This document shows positions 1 to 6,767 of a stretch of DNA of 15,377 nt, piece by piece. This DNA is from Cyanobacteria bacterium P01_A01_bin.114 (GTDB lineage Bacteria > Cyanobacteriota > Cyanobacteriia > Phormidesmidales > Phormidesmidaceae). A program made the translations under genes and the position numbers. The first letter of the stretch is position 1; every line of letters begins with the position of its first letter. Below the pieces are notes generated by a model. It ran no database searches, was not told the DNA's origin, and saw only the letters and a list, made by a program, of their open reading frames with translations. Where the stretch lies: contig JBCBZL010000088.1 of assembly GCA_039815385.1 (NCBI GenBank), forward strand, positions 1 to 15,377, read 5' to 3'.

Positions 1-135
1 CGCTGGGTGTTTCCACAGAGTTAAACCTCCGCGAGATATCAATCAATAATTTGGTGCTGCTGCCCGCATCGTTTTCTAGGCTGGAGAACAGGGGATTGAG
101 GGGGCGGGGGAGCCTCTTTTCCACCTACTCACGGC

Positions 136-259
136 ATGTGCAACTTTTCTACTCCCCCCTTTCTCAAGGGGGGTTGGGGGGATCTCAATCTGTCAAAGGG
201 TAGGTCGATCCCCCTCGGTCCCCCTTGAGAAGGGGGATGTTCACTCAAAAGTTGCACAT
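136..259. repeat. Imperfect nested inverted-repeat element (MITE-like or large stem-loop) immediately 3' of the D2 paralog
   Basis: ATGTGCAACTTTT (136-148) is the exact reverse complement of AAAAGTTGCACAT (247-259). Each arm carries its own hairpin: CCCCCCTT-tctc-AAGGGGGG at 154-173 and CCCCCTT-gag-AAGGGGG at 220-236. A central pair GGGGGATC (177-184) / GATCCCCC (207-214) is also present. The right end lies 5 nt from the psbD3 stop codon. Confidence 0.7.
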
Positions 260-263
260 CGCG

Positions 264-1322
264 TTACTCAGAAAACCCCCTCGGTAAAACCTCTTCTGGA
301 AAGACAAACTTTTTCGCAGGCTGATCAAGCTCTGATACCCAGGCGCGTACCCCTTCATTGAGCAAAACATTTTTAGTGTAAAAAGTTTCGAACTCGGGAT
401 CTTGTGCCGCTCGGATTTCTTGACTCACAAAGTCATACGCTCGTAAGTTAAAAGCCAAACCCACCATGCCGATAGCGCTCATCCACAAGCCTGTTACCGG
501 CACAAACAGCATAAAGAAGTGGAGCCAACGCTTGTTAGAAAACGCAATCCCAAAGATTTGTGACCAAAAGCGATTAGCCGTCACCATCGAGTAGGTTTCT
601 TCTGCCTGAGTCGCGGAGAACCCACTAAAGGTGTTTTTACCTTCAGAATCTTTGAAAAGGGTATTTTGCACCGTTGCGCCATGAATCGCGCAGAGCAAGG
701 CCGCCCCCAGCACCCCGGTAACCCCCATCATATGAAAGGGATTGAGAGTGTAATTGTGAAACCCCTGGAAAAATAGCAGAAATCGGAAGATGGCAGCAAC
801 CCCAAAACTCGGTGCAAAAAACCAGCTTGACTGACCCAGCGGATAGATCAAAAATGTCGCGACAAAAACTGCAATGGGGGCTGAAAATGCGATCGCATTA
901 TAAGGCCGAATCCCCACCAAGCGAGCAATCTCAATCTGCCGCAGCATAAAACCCATCAGGCCTAGCACACCGTGGAAGGCGGTAAAATTCCACAGGCCGC
1001 CAATTTGGCACCAGCGGACAAAGTCCCCGTTGGCCTCTGGCCCCCACAAAAACAACAGTGAATGCCCCATGCTCTCGGCGGGGGTAGAGACGGCAGTTGT
1101 GAGAAAATTGCAGCCTTCTAGGTACGAGGTGACCAAGCCGTGGGTATACCAGGAGGTGACAAAGCTAGTGCCGGTAAACCAGGCCCCGATGGCTAAATAA
1201 GCACAGGGAAATAGCAACAGCCCTGACCACCCGATAAATACAAAGCGATCTCGTTTTAACCAGTCGTCAAGCTCGCCTATCCAGCTTCTAGCTGGCTTCA
1301 GCGCTCCCATTGAAATCGTCAT
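264..1322 (-). CDS. psbD3: Photosystem II D2 protein, divergent far-red (FaRLiP) paralog
   Basis: The 352-aa ORF is collinear with D2 from MTI... to ...[10 protein letters not shown]2 hallmarks are present: [27 protein letters not shown] (TyrD context), NPFHMMGV and CAIHGATV (His ligands), [11 protein letters not shown]. Many substitutions relative to the standard D2 I recall (e.g. [16 protein letters not shown]-terminus PRGFSE) and its position in a paralog cluster indicate a second copy. AAGGAG Shine-Dalgarno lies upstream of the ATG. Confidence 0.92.
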   Translation of the reverse strand: MTISMGALKPARSWIGELDDWLKRDRFVFIGWSGLLLFPCAYLAIGAWFTGTSFVTSWYTHGLVTSYLEGCNFLTTAVSTPAESMGHSLLFLWGPEANGDFVRWCQIGGLWNFTAFHGVLGLMGFMLRQIEIARLVGIRPYNAIAFSAPIAVFVATFLIYPLGQSSWFFAPSFGVAAIFRFLLFFQGFHNYTLNPFHMMGVTGVLGAALLCAIHGATVQNTLFKDSEGKNTFSGFSATQAEETYSMVTANRFWSQIFGIAFSNKRWLHFFMLFVPVTGLWMSAIGMVGLAFNLRAYDFVSQEIRAAQDPEFETFYTKNVLLNEGVRAWVSELDQPAKKFVFPEEVLPRGFSE

Positions 1323-1349
1323 AATAGTCTCCTTGGGGTTATGTGTGTT

Positions 1350-1883
1350 TTAAGCAACTGACTCACTTTGACCGATACCGTCGTTCATGAAATAAGGAGG
1401 CCCCGGCAGGGCCAGCTCCTGAATAATTTCATCAAAATAAGGAACGATCGCTGCTGCATCGGCCTCTGTTAACTGTGCGATCGCTTCAGCTTTGAGGCAG
1501 CGCATATATTGCAAAATGTTTGTGAGGGGAATCCCGATATTGGTATACAGATCTTTCATCCCCACCAGGCCGATCTCTCTCAAGGGGCGATCGTCTCCAG
1601 CTAGCAAGCAGTAGCTAATCAAGCGAATATACCAACCGACATCTCGCTTGGCTGCCTCAGTTTTGCGACGATTGCCGCTGTTGCTAGGCGTCTTAGGACA
1701 GACCCGCCAAAATTGTCGAGTGCCTCGATCTACAATTGTTTGAGCCTGTTGCTCCAAAGTTTTGGCTAAGCGAATTCGCTCCGCTCCGGTTTTGCAAAAG
1801 GTGCGAATCATCCGCAGCTCACCGGGGGTAGGATAGCGCAGCTCTTCATCGGCGTTGAGAATAACTTGTTTAACGATACTCAT
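1350..1883 (-). CDS. apcD3: Allophycocyanin alpha-type subunit (ApcD-like, far-red paralog) lacking the canonical bilin-binding Cys and carrying a C-terminal extension
   Basis: I place the start at the ATG at 1883 (MSIVKQVILNADEELRY...), the normal phycobiliprotein alpha N-terminus. The track's 209-aa version starts at a TTG at 1979. It shares FWxxCxxTPSNSGN, GWYIRLISY and MRCLK with the other two alpha paralogs in this window. The aligned chromophore Cys (SC[LQ]RD in the paralogs) is Ala here (EAAKRD, codon at 1650-1652). The paralog number is assigned from gene order only. Confidence 0.8.
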   Translation of the reverse strand: MSIVKQVILNADEELRYPTPGELRMIRTFCKTGAERIRLAKTLEQQAQTIVDRGTRQFWRVCPKTPSNSGNRRKTEAAKRDVGWYIRLISYCLLAGDDRPLREIGLVGMKDLYTNIGIPLTNILQYMRCLKAEAIAQLTEADAAAIVPYFDEIIQELALPGPPYFMNDGIGQSESVA

Positions 1884-1890
1884 GGCTCTA

Positions 1891-1950
1891 CAGTTCGGAA
1901 TGTGGCAGCTCGGAATGAGATAATCCGGAAGGCAATAATTCGGAATACTG
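1891..1950. repeat. Four tandem 15-bp units, each containing TCGGAAT/CCGGAAG, directly upstream of the apcD3 start codon
   Basis: Units are cagTTCGGAATgtgg (1891-1905), cagCTCGGAATgaga (1906-1920), taaTCCGGAAGgcaa (1921-1935) and taaTTCGGAATactg (1936-1950). The core recurs at an exact 15-bp period (1895, 1910, 1925, 1940). The array ends 8 nt from the ATG at 1883 on the minus strand. Confidence 0.75.
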
Positions 1951-2100
1951 GGATCTGGGATAAACGCACACGCCTCCAAACCAACCGATATGGATGTGAT
2001 AGTCCAGGGGGTTGAAGGGCTGACAGAACAGCCTTAACCGTCTTAACGATTCTTTAGTGATAGGTTTCATGGGTCAGGTTCTCGATGTTAAAAGAACAAT

Positions 2101-4533
2101 TTAGGACTGGGCGCTGATCTCAGAGTCGACCGTATCCGCAACCGGCACTGTTTGTCCGTCAGGCGAGACCGCTTCTGTACGCCGCTCGCTATTGTCAGAA
2201 GAGATTGGTATGTTTTGCGTAGGCCGGTCTTGCTGGAGCAAATGCGATGGCTGAGCTTTAGACGGTTGAGTATCGTTAGGTGCTCGCTGAGTTTGACGAC
2301 TCGGGGCCATGACAGCCACGCTAGACCGATTCCCGATGCTAGAAACCGGATAGGGATGGTCGCGCATCCATTCACCTGCGGTGGGTGGGTTCTCTCTGGG
2401 CTTTGACCAGGCGACCGGGCCCTGGGGCGATCGCAACGCAAACCCACGCGGCGTCAGGTAGCGCTCGTAGGGGACGATATCTTCCCCAAAGACATCGCCA
2501 TATTCAGCACTGTCGACCAGGGTATCGACAAAGGCATAAAAGCCCTGGCGACCACAGATATCGTAGTAATGAGCCATTTCTCGTCGTCCGTAGGTGGGTC
2601 GCCCCAGCAACCGTCGATGGATATACTCAATTGCCTTGGTGACGTAGAGTTTTTCCCAGGTCATCTGACGAAACCAGCGAGTCTTGGCCAGCTGACGAAT
2701 AAACTCTCGCAGCGTGATCTGGCCTGCCTTGAGCTGAGTTTCGGCCACAGACTGTCGTTGAGTGTCAAAAACCTCGCGGCCAAACACCTGGCGATAGGCT
2801 GCTCGGATAACCGCTTCATGGGAATGGTGGGTGAGGTTCATGCTAGGCGGCGGTCCGGCTGTCGACCGGGCCAAATGGCCATTTCTAACCTGCCTGACCT
2901 GGCCAGACTCCCACCTCAGCACGTGACGGCCTAGGGAACCGGGGGCTCTGCCCAAATGGTTGCCCAGATGGCTGCCATTAACGCTGCCATTAGCGCCTCC
3001 GTTAGTGCTGCCGTGGCCGTTCCCCGCCCCGCTGCCAATTAAAATGCGGCGGCTGTCTTCGCTAAAATGAGCGGGTTGCGCTCTGGGGTCGCGAGTTTCT
3101 TGAGGGAAGATCGCCCCAAATTGAATTTCTAGCGGGTCGTTACCCACACCGTAGACATGTTGATTGGGTAAGGGCTGTTGATAGCTGGCAAAGGTGGTAA
3201 CAAACTGTGGCACCTTGCGAACAGGCGCACTGTACTTAAACAGATCTAGCTGCGGCCCCCAAATTCGGCATTCCTGGGCCTCTAGTCCCAACCCCCTGAG
3301 GAAAGGAACCGTCTCTTCACCAAAATAGTCGGCGTATTCCTCAGAGTCGATGAAGGTGTCTACCAGGGCTGGAAATCCCTGGGCCGAGATCACCTCAAAG
3401 CAGGTCTGAAACTCTTCCATGCAGCTTAACCCCCGTCCGAGAAAGTGGCGGCAGGCTAGCTCAATGCTGCGGCTGATCGTATAGGGCTCGTAATACAGCC
3501 GTCGATAGAGTCGCGATTTCCCCAGCTGACGAATAAACTCTTTCATCGACCAAAGACCGCTTTTAACCTGGGAGGTCAGCTCCGCCACAGCAGGCGCGTA
3601 GGGATGGGTAATATCGCGCTCGAAGACCTGTCGGTAAGCCGCCCGTATCACCTCATCTTTTTCAATGTCAGGCAGATCACGCTTCATCACCCATCGGGGT
3701 CGGGGGCTGCCGCTGTCACCATAGCTCTGGGGTAGCTGTAAGCCTGGATGATGCTTAGAAACCCCAACCCGCAGCCGAGGGGCCGGTTTTTCGACCCAAT
3801 AATCCGTAATCAGCACGTCAAAATACCGCTTGACTAGCGCCGCCGCTGCCGACTTAGCTGAAAAATAGGTGAGGGCTTTCCACTGCATTTCTTGCAGGGC
3901 GACAACGGTGGCCAGGGTGACATCCTCTGGAATCACGCCCCGCAGGCCTCGGGTATTGACACTGATGATGCTAGTGTCACCGGCCACAATGGCGTAGGTC
4001 ACATATCGCAAAAACCAGCTGAGATCCCGCAGCGAGCGCTTCATTCGAACGGGACCGTAGCGAGCGATGTCAATGGCCCGAAATCGACTGGGAACAGCAG
4101 GTTTACCCCCAGCCATCATGCCTTTAACCCACTCCATCAAACCGTTGGAGGCGTCTACAGAGCGGGGGCGATCTTGGACGACAGCCCGCTCTCGCTTTTG
4201 TCGGGTCGCTGCAGAGAGAAAGTCTTCTCCGACGTAGTAGCCTGAGCCCGGCAAACCCAGGGGGTCTTCGGGACGCTCTAGATAGGCCATCGCATTGCCC
4301 CCGACAAAGATGCGATTAGCCCCGGCAGCCACAATTTTGTCGGCTTGCTGAGTCAGGGTCTGGGCAATCTCTAGTCGCTTGAGTCCTGAGCTAAAGAAGG
4401 CTGAGAGTTCTTTGGCCTCGCTCTGGGTTAGATAGCGATCGCGCTGTTGCGCCTCAACAACTACCGCAGTCGGCACAGTGTGATACAGCTGCGGATGGAC
4501 AACTGGGCTGCCCCCGTTAATCTGATCGGTCAT
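2101..4533 (-). CDS. apcE2: Short phycobilisome core-membrane linker (ApcE paralog) with two REP/linker domains and a cysteine-free phycobiliprotein domain
   Basis: 810 aa. The N-terminal phycobiliprotein-like domain has a PB-loop (..PQLYHTVP..DRYL..RLEIAQTLTQQADKIVAAGANRIF..RYGPVRMKRSLRDLSWFLRYVTYAIVAGD..VALQEM). Only two linker (REP) repeats are present: EVIRAAYRQVFERD...FGEETVPFLRGLG (aa ~294-416) and EAVIRAAYRQVFGRE...FGEDIVPYERYLTPRG (aa ~573-697). Housekeeping ApcE has 3-4 REPs. Confidence 0.92.
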   Translation of the reverse strand: MTDQINGGSPVVHPQLYHTVPTAVVVEAQQRDRYLTQSEAKELSAFFSSGLKRLEIAQTLTQQADKIVAAGANRIFVGGNAMAYLERPEDPLGLPGSGYYVGEDFLSAATRQKRERAVVQDRPRSVDASNGLMEWVKGMMAGGKPAVPSRFRAIDIARYGPVRMKRSLRDLSWFLRYVTYAIVAGDTSIISVNTRGLRGVIPEDVTLATVVALQEMQWKALTYFSAKSAAAALVKRYFDVLITDYWVEKPAPRLRVGVSKHHPGLQLPQSYGDSGSPRPRWVMKRDLPDIEKDEVIRAAYRQVFERDITHPYAPAVAELTSQVKSGLWSMKEFIRQLGKSRLYRRLYYEPYTISRSIELACRHFLGRGLSCMEEFQTCFEVISAQGFPALVDTFIDSEEYADYFGEETVPFLRGLGLEAQECRIWGPQLDLFKYSAPVRKVPQFVTTFASYQQPLPNQHVYGVGNDPLEIQFGAIFPQETRDPRAQPAHFSEDSRRILIGSGAGNGHGSTNGGANGSVNGSHLGNHLGRAPGSLGRHVLRWESGQVRQVRNGHLARSTAGPPPSMNLTHHSHEAVIRAAYRQVFGREVFDTQRQSVAETQLKAGQITLREFIRQLAKTRWFRQMTWEKLYVTKAIEYIHRRLLGRPTYGRREMAHYYDICGRQGFYAFVDTLVDSAEYGDVFGEDIVPYERYLTPRGFALRSPQGPVAWSKPRENPPTAGEWMRDHPYPVSSIGNRSSVAVMAPSRQTQRAPNDTQPSKAQPSHLLQQDRPTQNIPISSDNSERRTEAVSPDGQTVPVADTVDSEISAQS

Positions 4534-4565
4534 GGTGTTTCCAAATCTCCAAATTCAACACTGCA

Positions 4566-5045
4566 CTAGGGCATTAGCCCTTGAATCAGATAGTCAAAGT
4601 AGGGGGCTACCTCCGCCGCGTCCTCTAGACTGAGGAAGTCTAAGGTGACTTCCTTGAGACAGCGCATACACTCCACTAAGTTTCTGAGGGGAATCTCCAA
4701 GGAGAGATACATTTCTTTGGCTCCTCTGATGCCGCTAGCCTGAAGCGGATCAATATCACCGACCACCACTGCATAAGAAATCAGGCGGATAAACCAACCC
4801 TGATCGCGCAGGCAGGAGGCCCGAAAGGTTGGGTTCCCGCTATTGCTGGGGGTGACTGCACAGCGCTGCCAAAAACGCTGGCTACCTTTTTCAACAATTG
4901 ACTGGACATTGTTAGTCAGAATAGAAGCAATTCGAAGCCGCTGCTGCCCATCTTGAAAGAAATGGCTAATGGTATCCAGTTCTCCTCGACTGAGATAGCG
5001 GGCCTCTCGATCGGCATTAGAGATTGCCTGGGTAATGATGCTCAT
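4566..5045 (-). CDS. apcD2: Allophycocyanin alpha-type subunit (ApcD-like, far-red paralog)
   Basis: 159 aa, MSIITQAISNADREARYLSRGELD... It retains the chromophore Cys (RASCLRDQGWFIRLISY) and shares FWQRCAVTPSNSGN and ECMRCLK with the other alpha paralogs here. The paralog number is tentative, from the order apcD5-apcB2-apcD2-apcE2-apcD3. Confidence 0.8.
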   Translation of the reverse strand: MSIITQAISNADREARYLSRGELDTISHFFQDGQQRLRIASILTNNVQSIVEKGSQRFWQRCAVTPSNSGNPTFRASCLRDQGWFIRLISYAVVVGDIDPLQASGIRGAKEMYLSLEIPLRNLVECMRCLKEVTLDFLSLEDAAEVAPYFDYLIQGLMP

Positions 5046-5083
5046 GATGAATGGGTTACCTTAACTAATATTCGATTTTGATA

Positions 5084-5210
5084 GGTGAGGGCGCTGCGCT
5101 GGTGAGGGCGCTGCGCTGGTGAGGGCGCTGCGCTGGTGAGGGCGCTGCGCTGGTGAAGACGCTGCGCTGGTGAGGGCGCTACGCTGGTGAGGACGCTGCG
5201 CTGGTGAACA
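5084..5210. repeat. Tandem array of a 17-bp unit GGTGAGGGCGCTGCGCT (about 7.5 copies)
   Basis: Four exact copies lie at 5084-5151. Variant copies follow: GGTGAAGACGCTGCGCT (5152-5168), GGTGAGGGCGCTACGCT (5169-5185), GGTGAGGACGCTGCGCT (5186-5202), then a partial GGTGAACA. The array sits in the apcB2-apcD2 intercistronic spacer. The unit length is not a multiple of 3 and no ORF spans it. Confidence 0.9.
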
Positions 5211-5220
5211 GTGAAGACTT

Positions 5221-5290
5221 CATCACCTACTCACCTACTCACCTACTCACTCACTCACCCACTCACCCACTCACCACTCACCCCCTCGCC
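5221..5290. repeat. Degenerate octamer array (CACCTACT x3, then CACTCACT, CACCCACT x2, CACCACT, CACCCCCT)
   Basis: The sequence reads catCACCTACTCACCTACTCACCTACTCACTCACTCACCCACTCACCCACTCACCACTCACCCCCTCGCC. Its CTCACC cores are the reverse complement of the GGTGAG cores of the adjacent 17-bp array. The array ends 7 nt before the apcB2 stop. Confidence 0.85.
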
Positions 5291-5296
5291 TAACGA

Positions 5297-5782
5297 CTAG
5301 CTGAGCCCCGAGCAGATATGGTCAAAGCAAACTCCCATTTCTCGACCGGCTTCTGCCCCTAGCATCTCGTTGACCACTTCCTTCATCGCCTGCACAGAGC
5401 GTACTGTAGCCCCCACTGGTACCCCCAGAGAGTTGTAAGTTTCTTTTAAGCCGTTGAGCACGCGCTCATCTAAAATGGACGGATCGCCCGCCAGCATGGC
5501 GTAGGTCGCATAGCGCAAGAAATACTCGACGTCACGAACACAGGCCGCATAGCGGCGACAGGTATACATATTGCCGCCGGGGCCAGTAATGTCGGTATAG
5601 AGGAGCGCTTTGGCGACTGTTTTGGTAACAATTGTGGAGGTGTTAGCGCTGATGGACATCGCTGCCCGCGCTCGCAAATCGCCACTGCGAAAATAGGATT
5701 GCAGATTTTCTAATGAAGCGTCGTCTAAATACTTACCTTGCACGTCAGAAGAATTGATCAAGGTGGTGATGGCGTCTTGCAT
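5297..5782 (-). CDS. apcB2: Allophycocyanin beta subunit, far-red paralog
   Basis: 161 aa, [20 protein letters not shown]... with the beta-type chromophore site [23 protein letters not shown] and [20 protein letters not shown] Shine-Dalgarno upstream. It lies directly downstream of an alpha-type gene, as in apcA-apcB operons. Confidence 0.9.
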   Translation of the reverse strand: MQDAITTLINSSDVQGKYLDDASLENLQSYFRSGDLRARAAMSISANTSTIVTKTVAKALLYTDITGPGGNMYTCRRYAACVRDVEYFLRYATYAMLAGDPSILDERVLNGLKETYNSLGVPVGATVRSVQAMKEVVNEMLGAEAGREMGVCFDHICSGLS

Positions 5783-5847
5783 GTTTTTCTCCTTAAGGGT
5801 TTGAAAATGATTGAATGATCTGTTGGCTATTAAAATTTGCGTCTTGA

Positions 5848-6324
5848 CTACAGCAGAGAATGGATAATGAGATCAAAATAGGGAGCCACCTCTTGGGCAT
5901 CTTCTTCGCTCAAGACGGTCATGGCTTCTTCCTTGAGACAGCGCATGCACTCTGCAATATTCCTAATCGGGATTTCTAGATTGTTGTACATTTCTTTGAT
6001 GCCCACCGTGCCAATTTCTTCTAGGGGGCGTTCGCTGCCTGCCAAGATAGAGTAGGCAATCAAGCGAACATACCAGCCTTGATCGCGCTGACAGGAGGCT
6101 GTCTTACGCTCATTGCCGCTGTTGCTTGGGGTATTTGGGCAGCGCTCCCAGAACTTTTGACTGCCGTTTTGGACAATCCGCTGTTCATTTTCGGCCAGGG
6201 CCCTGGCAATGCGAATGCGCTGTTCTCCCGTTTTGACAAAGTCTTGAAAGATTCGAAGTTCCTTGGGCGCAGGGTAGCGAGCTTCACTATCTGCACTGAG
6301 AATGAGTTCTGTAACCAGGCTCAT
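5848..6324 (-). CDS. apcD5: Allophycocyanin alpha-type subunit (far-red paralog, first gene of the apc block)
   Basis: 158 aa, [23 protein letters not shown]... It retains the chromophore Cys ([17 protein letters not shown]) and has [14 protein letters not shown] and ECMRCLK. Its position immediately upstream of apcB2 suggests the gene originally called apcA2 and later apcD5. That symbol is tentative. Confidence 0.8.
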   Translation of the reverse strand: MSLVTELILSADSEARYPAPKELRIFQDFVKTGEQRIRIARALAENEQRIVQNGSQKFWERCPNTPSNSGNERKTASCQRDQGWYVRLIAYSILAGSERPLEEIGTVGIKEMYNNLEIPIRNIAECMRCLKEEAMTVLSEEDAQEVAPYFDLIIHSLL

Positions 6325-6497
6325 TGTAATTTCTCCCTGTTTAAACGTTAATAATCAACTGGGTTTTCAAGTTTTCGCTTTCAGTCATCACAGCAAGATT
6401 TGGCATATAAAATTTGAACTCTTGCGTTCTAGAAAACGCTGATATCTGCCTAGATATCTCCCAACAAGGGACTTGCGGCGAAATAACCTACCGCTAA

Positions 6498-6654
6498 GCC
6501 CTCATCCTAAATCCTTCTCCCAATCTGGGAGAAAGACTTTGATCTGAGCCAGCTTTTCCCTGGCGAAGGACTCTTAAAACAATCGAATTCTACGTTGAGA
6601 AAGGCTTGGCTCCCCTTCTCTCAGTACTGGGAGAAGGGGTTGGGGGATGAGGGC
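6498..6654. repeat. MITE-like inverted-repeat element in the apcD5/psbO divergent intergenic region
   Basis: The termini are exact reverse complements: GCCCTCATCC (6498-6507) and GGATGAGGGC (6645-6654). Imperfect ~40-bp arms each contain a CTTCTCCCA..TGGGAGAAG-type hairpin. The right arm ends in GGGGTTGGGGGAT, related to the element at 136-259. Confidence 0.7.
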
Positions 6655-6767
6655 CTGTGAGCATGCTAGCTACCAGTATGTTATCTGTTTGCAGGTCCCT
6701 AAATGCCCGTCAAGCCTCGGGGAGACTCTTCTTACTAAGGTTTGCAAGAAGAATAAGCAAAGAAAAT

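Noticed and set aside
166-186. G-runs (GGGGGGTTGGGGGG) as a G-quadruplex
   Set aside because: There are only two long G-tracts per copy, and they are matched by complementary C-tracts nearby. Ordinary hairpin or inverted-repeat pairing explains them better.
1350-1979. The 209-aa version of the apcD3 ORF, with an N-terminal extension MEACAFIPDPSIPNYCLPDYLIPSCHIPNCRA
   Set aside because: The extension starts at a TTG codon (1977-1979). It consists of the translated 15-bp repeat array, giving 5-aa periodicity. It also precedes a perfectly normal phycobiliprotein N-terminus, MSIVKQ, at ATG 1883. I treat it as 5' leader, not coding.
1888-2070. 60-aa ORF on the minus strand in the apcE2-apcD3 spacer
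   Set aside because: It has no recognisable family and no Shine-Dalgarno. Its C-terminal half is another reading frame of the 15-bp repeats (SELLPSGLSHSELPHSEL). It is likely spurious.
2088-4245. Five ORFs overlapping apcE2 (2088-2447 minus; 2152-2406, 2385-2642, 2569-2934, 3892-4245 plus)
   Set aside because: They are alternative-frame or antisense shadows inside a well-supported 810-aa ApcE homolog. They have Arg/Pro/Ser-rich low-complexity composition and no family resemblance.
5084-5210. The 17-bp tandem array as a possible CRISPR array
   Set aside because: The repeats are directly abutting with no spacers, the unit is too short, and no cas genes are present. It is a simple tandem repeat.
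5470-6351. ORFs 5470-5685 (minus), 6060-6296 (minus) and 6079-6351 (plus) overlapping apcB2 and apcD5
   Set aside because: These are out-of-frame or antisense overlaps with clear phycobiliprotein genes, and they have no homology signal.
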